DNA of 64,000 nucleotides from Octopus sinensis (taxonomy: Eukaryota): contig NC_042999.1 in NCBI RefSeq assembly GCF_006345805.1, forward strand, positions 66,154,001 to 66,218,000. The letters run 5' to 3'. The position numbers and the translations under genes were made by a program. Below are positions 55,560-64,000 of the stretch, piece after piece. Every line of letters starts with the position of its first letter. Within the stretch, counting starts at the first letter, position 1. Under the pieces are notes generated by a model. It saw nothing but the letters and a program-made list of their open reading frames with translations. It ran no database searches and was not told where the DNA came from.

Positions 55560-55642
55560 TCTACATCTGGTATTTGAATACTCTTTTTTCCACCTTGTGT
55601 CACATTTATATATATATATTTATTTATTTATATATATATATG

Positions 55643-55709
<67 letters not shown>

Positions 55710-55727
55710 TTATATATAATTATATAA

Positions 55728-56160
55728 CCGTCATCGTTCAAGTCTGCCTTCCATGGTGCCATGGTTTGGACGGTTTAACAGGAGCCGACCAGGTAGGAGA
55801 CTACACCAGTCTTCTGTGTCGGTTTTGATAGGGATTTTACGCCGGATGTACTTCGTAACACCAACCACCCCCAGAGTGGACTAAGTTCTTTTCACGAGGC
55901 AAAAGCATAAACGAGGTCCGTTTGGCATGGTTTTTACAGCTGGATGTTCTTTCATATGCCAATCATTTTACTGTGTGGACAGGATTTTTTTTTTTTATTT
56001 TTTACTGGAACCAACACCGCAATGGTCACCAAATAACCAGCATGGCAAGGAATGTTTTCCGAAGGGAGGGGGCTTTGGAGGAGGTGGTCTTGTGTCAGAT
56101 GATTTGTTAGAATAAGACCGAGAAATAGAGCGACAGAACAGTGTTTCTTGCTATAGAGGA
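55728..56160 (-). mobile_element. Degenerate copy of the 7512 retroposon family
   Basis: CATCGTTCAAGTCTGCCTTCCATGGTGCCATGGTTTGGACGG and two degenerate GCTGGATG.....CCAA motifs. Confidence 0.55.
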
Positions 56161-56243
56161 CAAATATCCGTCAACTATTCGTCAAATATAAATAATGTAA
56201 ATAATGTACAGAATTCGTCATCTCTTAAATATAGAACTTATCA

Positions 56244-56281
<38 letters not shown>

Positions 56282-56288
56282 CATTATA

Positions 56289-56336
<48 letters not shown>

Positions 56337-56339
<3 letters not shown>

Positions 56340-56628
56340 TTGTTTTATTTTTATAGCGTGCTTTCACTTCACTACCGAGCGCAGCTCTGTGTGCCTTGGG
56401 TATGTGCTGTGATTTGTTGTGATGCTCTGATGGTTATTGTATGGAAAGTGTTCTGCGTAGGATGTGTGCAGTGCCTAGTAGTGCAATTTTCTGTATGTTA
56501 TATGTGTTTGTAACTCCTGGTGTTTTTGTTATGTATTTGTCTGAATATTTTTTTATCATGCCTAATGCACCTACTATGATAGGAATTGTTTCTGTTTTCA
56601 GATGCCACATTCTAGTTACCTCTATTTC

Positions 56629-56630
<2 letters not shown>
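56337..56630 (-). mobile_element. 5'-truncated R4/Dong-like non-LTR retrotransposon inserted in (TAA)n
   Basis: EIEVTRMWHLKTETIPIIVGALG...IQKIALLGTAHILRRTL* is the RLE C-terminus typical of the R4 clade. Short 3' UTR; both flanks are (ATT)n. Confidence 0.85.
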
Positions 56631-56702
<72 letters not shown>

Positions 56703-56719
56703 CATTATTATTATTATTA

Positions 56720-56804
<85 letters not shown>

Positions 56805-56838
56805 CATTATATTATTATTATTATTATTATTATTATTA
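56631..56838. repeat. (ATT)n microsatellite (also 56247-56336)
   Basis: Direct reading. Confidence 0.95.
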
Positions 56839-57374
56839 AACACAAACATGCATAAATATACAAGGAAACCCTCGTAATTACACACATAGTATACAGACGC
56901 ACACACACACACACACAAACACACACACATATATATATATATGTGTATGTGTGTGTGCGTCTAAGTGTGTATATGTTAATCGCCTAACCCTGAGGATTTG
57001 TTACATTTAGCATATGCTGCATGTGTTGTACACAGAGTCCCGAGCTGCGACTTGTGGAAAAGAGTTACAATATATTAATACGTATTCTAAGCCTGTTAAA
57101 TACTCCTTGCTCGAAATCGCTTTGTGAGAGTAGATAACTGGATTAATACAAACTAATAAATTATATATTTCATACAAATATATAAATTGAGATATACGAC
57201 TGCTTTCGAATGATTATTTTCCGGGAATTTTTTTACTTAGACGTATTATCCAATTACAGTCGGATATGATAAAATAGAGAGACTAATTACATTAATTAGG
57301 AGATTATTGTGAGAAACATCTCCCATGTTCTCGGCTTTAGCATTCTGTCTTATACCAAGTATATTTTTAATTTC

Positions 57375-57405
<31 letters not shown>

Positions 57406-58009
57406 CTTACGTTTATGTTTACAGATCTTGAATTGTTACGTTATGACGTAATGTAGACGGATGTAAACAATAAAATCATATGTAGAAAAAATATATTATG
57501 TGTTTATACGTTTATATATATATAATTTAAGAGTTTTTGCTCTTCTTTCAGCAACACCTGAACTCATAACTATTATCAAATGTCTTGCTTAAATACCTGC
57601 TAGCTTTACCGGTGTTAAATTATTAACTGGACCAATTTACAGATTCAGTATTCCTGTCTTTTCTTTTTTACTATCTCTTCTCTGTCTATATGTCTCCCTC
57701 TCTTGTTCTTCATTCTTTCTGGTTTTCTCTCCCACACTTCCCTAGTCTTCTCCTGTCTCCTTCACCGTTTTCTCTCTCTCACTCCTCCTCCTCGACTCTC
57801 ACGTCGCTGATACGTGACGAAAGGGAATCCATCTTTCCGACTACTAACTTCACAAAGACTAAACATACGAAAACCGTTAGATTCACTTCAACATTTAAAT
57901 TTAATTTTTTTTATATATATTTTCGTCGCTTTGAGGTCGCGACCTGTTCACTGACAAAATTCTGTGCACCAAGTACTTTTGCTTCAGCACACGATCTCAG
58001 ATCAGGTCT

Positions 58010-58134
58010 GACACTTTGTAAGCCTAATGCTTATCTATCTGTTCCTTTTGCCGAATCGCTAACTTAAAGAGATGTAAACTCACCAGCAACGGTTGGGGAC
58101 AAACACAGCCACACAAACTCACAGAAACACGCAC

Positions 58135-58173
<39 letters not shown>

Positions 58174-58265
58174 AACACACACACATATTTTCGACGGGCT
58201 TCTTTCTGCTTCCATCTTCCAAATCCACTCACAAGGCCTGAGGTGATAGGTGAAGACGGTTGCCT
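58010..58265 (-). mobile_element. Partial degenerate SINE family A
   Basis: TTTGTAAGCCTAATGCTTA...TTTTGCCGAATCGCTAA...CGACGGGCTTCTTTC...CCAAATCCACTCACAAGGC. Confidence 0.7.
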
Positions 58266-58339
58266 AATGTGCTATTTTTGATTTGGAAAAAGAAACGGAA
58301 CTATAGTCAGAAACAGCGAAATGAAAAAAGATGAAAGTA

Positions 58340-58361
58340 TACACACACACACACATACACA

Positions 58362-58454
<93 letters not shown>

Positions 58455-58465
58455 ACAGACACACC
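58340..58465. repeat. (CA)n microsatellite
   Basis: Direct reading. Confidence 0.95.
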
Positions 58466-58909
58466 GGTTACGTGACGGGCAATATTTTGAAAACTAGTTT
58501 CATATCTAGTGTTCTCTGTCTGTCAGTCTCTCTCTCTTTCATCTTCTCTCTCTAACTCTGTCTATCTAACTCTTTATTTTTCTCCGCCCTCTGTCTCTGA
58601 TTTTGAGGTGTGTGTGACTTTCATAAGATAGATTTAATTTACGATGAAAATATAGTTTCATTTTAATTAAGCTACCAGCGACCTCAGAGCAACACATCTC
58701 ACCGTTTCACTAAAGTTCATCTGCATTTAGCGTCTCTGACAGTCACTCAACTCCACTCCGTTTATTGTCTTAGTTTTCGTCTACCAGCGTGACAAACGTG
58801 AAATACATTGTGGTTTATTATATGTAAGACAAATAGTGTGTGCGTGTGTGTGTTTGTGTGTGTGTGTGTGTGTGAGCGTGCTGTGTGTATGTACGCGCTC
58901 GGTATATAT

Positions 58910-59335
58910 TAATGTCAGGTCACTGTCGAGTGCTACTGGTAACATGTTACCCAGTACAACCTGTTGCATGGTCTGGTTGTCGACGACTAAACCGGCAACC
59001 CCACCAAGCTTGCTTGGTGAGGAGGGTGTTTATTGGACACCCTGCGGGATGAAAAACCAAACCTGTCAAAGGGCGAAGGAACTGTTGAGAGTCAACGGCC
59101 ATCCAATAAATGTCTGAAGGCTATATCATGCGCGGGGACATAGAAATAATCGGTCTGAATACCCGATCGCGCGGTTAAACCATTGAGAGTGAAGGACTCC
59201 TAGGCTTTGTTAGGGCATCCTTCTAGGAGAAGGTAACTAAGGTAACTGGGATAACTCCGACCTAAAACCTGCTGCTCAGTGGTTACCGATGATGTTGAAT
59301 TGTTCTTCTTTTCGGATTATGGTTGCTGTTGCTTA
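58910..59335 (+). mobile_element. Probable LINE (RTE-like) 5' UTR fragment
   Basis: GC-rich island with GGCATCCTTCTAGGAGAAGGTAACT...AAACC, similar to a motif recalled from RTE 5' UTRs; no ORF follows. Confidence 0.4.
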
Positions 59336-60057
59336 GTGAGTGGGATTGACTCATTACACAGCCTTTCCTCTCTTAAAAAAAAATCTTGCACAGGCATTGC
59401 ACGATAAGAACATTGATTAAGCTTCGTGCAATGGCCATATTCGATAACGAGGGAGCAGCCACCATATATATTAATATACGTCGGATTATATATGGCAGCT
59501 TTCCTCAATGACGTCGTTTACAAAAAAATTCTCTCATGACACTTTGGCTATATTGGAAGATTCTTGCAGAATTGTATGCAATGTTATCGATTCCAGAATG
59601 ACATTGATGCGAGATGAACGTATCAATTGCACAATACTGAAGCAGAATTGGAACTTATGATAATTCACATTCTTTAATTACTTACAAGAACTAGTGACAG
59701 TGAAACTGGCTGACAGGAAACAAATAATTAAATATTAATATGTTGCCTTACATTTTTCGTAAATTCTAATATCATGTGCAAGAATTTCTCAAATATTAAT
59801 TGAATTTTCCCTCTAGCTTTCAGAAAAAGATTCCATTTTATTTGATTTGAGTATTATTATGTTTTAAATTGTGTCATAGATTCCATTGACTTACTTAATT
59901 CTTCGATTCTTTTTAAACTCAGCCAACTTTCTTTATTCTCGAAATTTCCAACAAAATCATGCAAAAAGTAGTACGAACGCTTCAACGCATCATTTCATTC
60001 TTCATTCTACTTCTTCTCTCACTTTCCCTCTGTCTCGCTTTCAATGCGTCTATGGCC

Positions 60058-60287
<230 letters not shown>

Positions 60288-60517
60288 ACAAAGTACATAG
60301 TGCAGAGAGAGCTTGCCAAGTTGACTATTGATTAAACACAAGAACTCGGTGTTCTTGTCTTTAAAGTAACGATCTATAAATAATATTACAGAAATCAATC
60401 TTGTAAATCTTTGAATGTAGAATGGCTTTGACAGAAAGTTTGCAACCAGTGCCAAGTAGATTATATTTTCGTACGCGTTTATTATACATAGGTATGGGAA
60501 TATGTGTGCATACATAC

Positions 60518-60602
<85 letters not shown>

Positions 60603-63600
60603 CATGGTTATGTATGTATATTGCTATGTATGTATGTGTGTGCGATCAACGATCAACACATACGTCGTATTAATTTTCTTTCGTTTCTTTCCCTATTTCT
60701 TGAAGCACAACTGTGTTTTTTGGTCGTATCTCTGTCCTTTCTAAGATATTATTCGGTCCAAACTGATTCTTTTTCCATTTCATTTTATTTCAACTCTTCA
60801 CTCAATCATATGTTCAGAATGTGTGCTTTCACGATACAACTCGACATGTTTTTGTGCATTGGCTCATTCAGTTAAGCGAAGTTGTTCTATTAATCAAAAT
60901 AATAAAGGTCCAGCCGCTTGGTATTCCATAGTAAACTTTAAAAAGCATCGTCCAGATCACAGACGAGAAAGAATGACAAGGAACCGTTGTTTCTGATGCT
61001 CTCTCTTTCCCCTTCAAGTGCACAGAGATAATTACCGGTCGTTCCAGGAGAGGTACAAAAGCCACACTCAGATTTAAGGAGAAACTTTTTTCAATGATTT
61101 GAAGTCACTTTAGAAGCATCCTTGCAAATAACTTTCCTGCCTGGAAATATAACTATAGTATTTATCATAACCAAGCGGTCGAATAGCGCAACTCAAACAC
61201 CCATGTTCACTGTTTTTTTTTGTTTTTTTTTAACTTAAAGTTACGTTTTTTAATCTGCACAGTTCGAATACAATAGTATTCCATAGAGTTATATCCATAT
61301 TAGATTTCTTTTCTTGAAGATATTGATCATATATACGCAGCCCTTAATTTTGTGGAATCTTAACAATCTTTTTACATACTGTTAAATACAGAAGGATTAT
61401 CTTGATAATGATAGATAATCCTACATGTTTAAGTGAGGTGATGCATGGACCTAATACATTTAATCATGTTGTTCATGGCATTTTCAATCGTCGGAATTAG
61501 TGAGTATACATACATTGCTATTGAATTATTGAATTCTTATTCCGAATTGAAGAAAATGTTACTTTCAGCGCTCAAATATGTTTTGTAGAGGTTGAATTAT
61601 GAATTTTGAGATTCCCTTCCTCTTCCGGGGTTTTGTCAACTGACTTTCCTCTTTGGATAAATATTTCTGTTGTTCCAGGAGAGTTATTTTTGAGAGCCGA
61701 GTATCTACATTTGTGTGATCGTTATTATTTTCTGTTGCAATAGGATGGGCTGTATTTCACCGAATTCGTTTTGACAATGGAGTTTGAATCTTTGATAGTG
61801 ACCTTTTAAATCTTAATCTTGTGGTTTTCGCCTGTAACATCCGAACCTTTTTCCTGTTCAAGACCTGTTGAATTTGTCATTCAAACCAAGCTATGATCTA
61901 TTTTATTATTTTCTTTTTGTTTGTTTTTTTATTTGTCAAAAACTAACACATTTTGCTGTCACATGTGATATTTCGGAAAGACAGCAATACCTCATCAAAA
62001 GATCTCTGGTTAGAGGCCTTGATAAACACTAGACAGAGTTAATTGGAATTTTTCTTGGCTGAGAGCATTTTCAAGCTTTGAAATGTCATATATCCTTCCA
62101 AATAATAATGTCTGTTGGAAATAAACAACAAGCATTTTTATTTTGTATCCTGGGTGTTCGAGCATGAGTCTGGCATACTCTGTGTTGTGCTTGTGGTGTG
62201 GTGTCCTGTGACTACCATCATCAATAAGCTGTTCAGCTCTACAGTCATCATACCGAGAGATGTTATAGTGACACTAATATTTTTTGTATCATTGCTGGTC
62301 GATAATATGATCCAAAAATGCCAGTTTCGGGATCGCTGTGGCATCCAGCTCCTAAATCGGAGCCGGGTACTAGTAAAGAAGAAGGTTATATTTACCGATG
62401 CATTTATTGTCTTTAAGATCATCTCATAACCAACGGCCGCTTCCTATTTTGCTTTGAAATGTCCTAATTGCAGAAGATTCTCTCACGTTGATACTTTGAA
62501 ATATTCTTGTTATTCAATTAGTAGCAAAATCCATTTTTGTACGGCCTTGCCATTCAGAGTGTTCTGTGGCGTTCCTAAATACCCAAACACTGATATAGAA
62601 CTACAGTACAAAACTCCTCATTGTGTCTTCATAGTGTGAACGTCATACTTCTGCTGCCAATGTTCGGTTTATATTCGAAATGGTAAACTGCGCCAAACCT
62701 GCTTCGCGTTTCAATAAGCTTTTCAGGTTAATTCAATGAAAATAATTTTTTTTATAGAGGATATCAGCCAGTGGCTGAATGGTCTCGGCATTTTAGTTGG
62801 ACTTAACCGTGTCAGAGAAAGAGAGAGAGAGAGAAGGAGGGAGAGAGAGAGAAGGAGGGAGAGAGAGAGAGAGAATGTGTCACACACCTTTGGTTCAGGA
62901 CACGCAGAATGAGACAAACATTATCAGGTGAGAAATTGCCATAAAATGCTGCTCATTCTCATTAAATTCCTTTCCAGTTAGTAAGCGTTTGTATTCAGCT
63001 CATTGTTCTTAGGCTGTTCTTGAACGAGTAATTCTTCTCGAAAATCTTAGTCGTGTTCTGACTGGGTCCCCTTCTTTGATTTTGCCGTCAGCATTAGTCC
63101 TCCTCAAATCACTAGACTTTTGATGAAATTACTCTCGAAATGGCTGAAACACGCAAGTCTTTCATTAGTCTAAGGAATGAGCAAATGGTCACAGTCAAGA
63201 AAAACTAAACTTGGGCCTAAATAAGAATTGTATCCACCAAAAAAGTATGCTGACAAGGGAACAAGTATTTCTCCCGTTGAAAAGTTAATAAGAATATGGA
63301 ATTCTATACGAGAGTGAAGAACATATAAATTAATAGGAGTTATCATATTATATACTATTCAAAAATATTTGAAATATATATTTTCAATTGAGTTGGTCAT
63401 GGGTTGGCATTGTTATTGTTTAGCCACATGAAGGCTGTGATTGAGAAGACTTCAAGTCTTAGCATCCCATTTTAATTCGGGCAGATCTAGAAACTGTTTT
63501 CTGTTACAGGCTGTTTTAAGACGGTAGAATGAGGCGTGATGGATATTTAGCTGTTTTCTATTTTTTTAGTAGATCCTTTGACTGTCTAGATAGTATTACG

Positions 63601-64000
63601 TTGGTTCTTCTCGTTAGAATCAAAGGAAAAAGCTGGAAACATTTCAGGTTTTACGATATCAATAAAAAATAATGTAAACTTTTATACAGTTTTGTAGTTT
63701 CCTTTATACAGATTGAATCCTATTTTTGATTGAGAATACACACCGTGTTTTGTACATAATTCAGCCGGATATTCAAACATAGATCAATAATCTAAAGAAT
63801 AGATATGACTGTATGAAACAAAAACAATCTCTATTTTATGTATTACTTTTCTTCTATTTCAGAATGAAAGGTTTAGTGTTTTATTGTAAAAAGTAAAGTG
63901 CTATAATTTATTTGATTTTCAGGCAAAACAAATATATCCTTGTTTTATTATTTTTTTCTATTTCTTTCAGCTTGTGTGTGTTTAATTTATATTCATCATA

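Noticed and set aside
56441-56930. Poly-Leu/Ile membrane protein ORFs
   Set aside because: Translation of (ATT)n and the antisense of the R4 fragment.
63900-63975. Splice acceptors of a host gene
   Set aside because: Polypyrimidine-AG is common in AT-rich DNA and no exon can be verified at the window edge.

Overview
AT-rich, microsatellite-dense eukaryotic non-coding DNA. It is most likely from an octopod cephalopod; this is inferred from a COX1 NUMT and the tRNA-derived SINE families. No intact host gene can be supported, and almost all ORF-track entries are translated microsatellites. The window is a fossil record of mobile elements: three SINE families (several with clear TSDs), DD36E Tc1 remnants, mariner- and Tigger-type MITEs, Helitrons (a non-autonomous copy with its empty site, plus Rep/Pif1 relics), a (TAA)n-targeted R4/Dong 3' end, RTE-like pieces and a Penelope-like element with an inverted RT. 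Two highlights: (1) about eight type I hammerhead-ribozyme-like motifs, canonical and core-variant. One lies 3' of a Penelope endonuclease remnant and one has its predicted cleavage site at an inverted-duplication breakpoint. (2) A composite element of two outward-facing Tc1 3' ends enclosing an orientation-switching 34-bp minisatellite that appears to derive from a SINE segment. All calls come from manual reading; no database searches were run.
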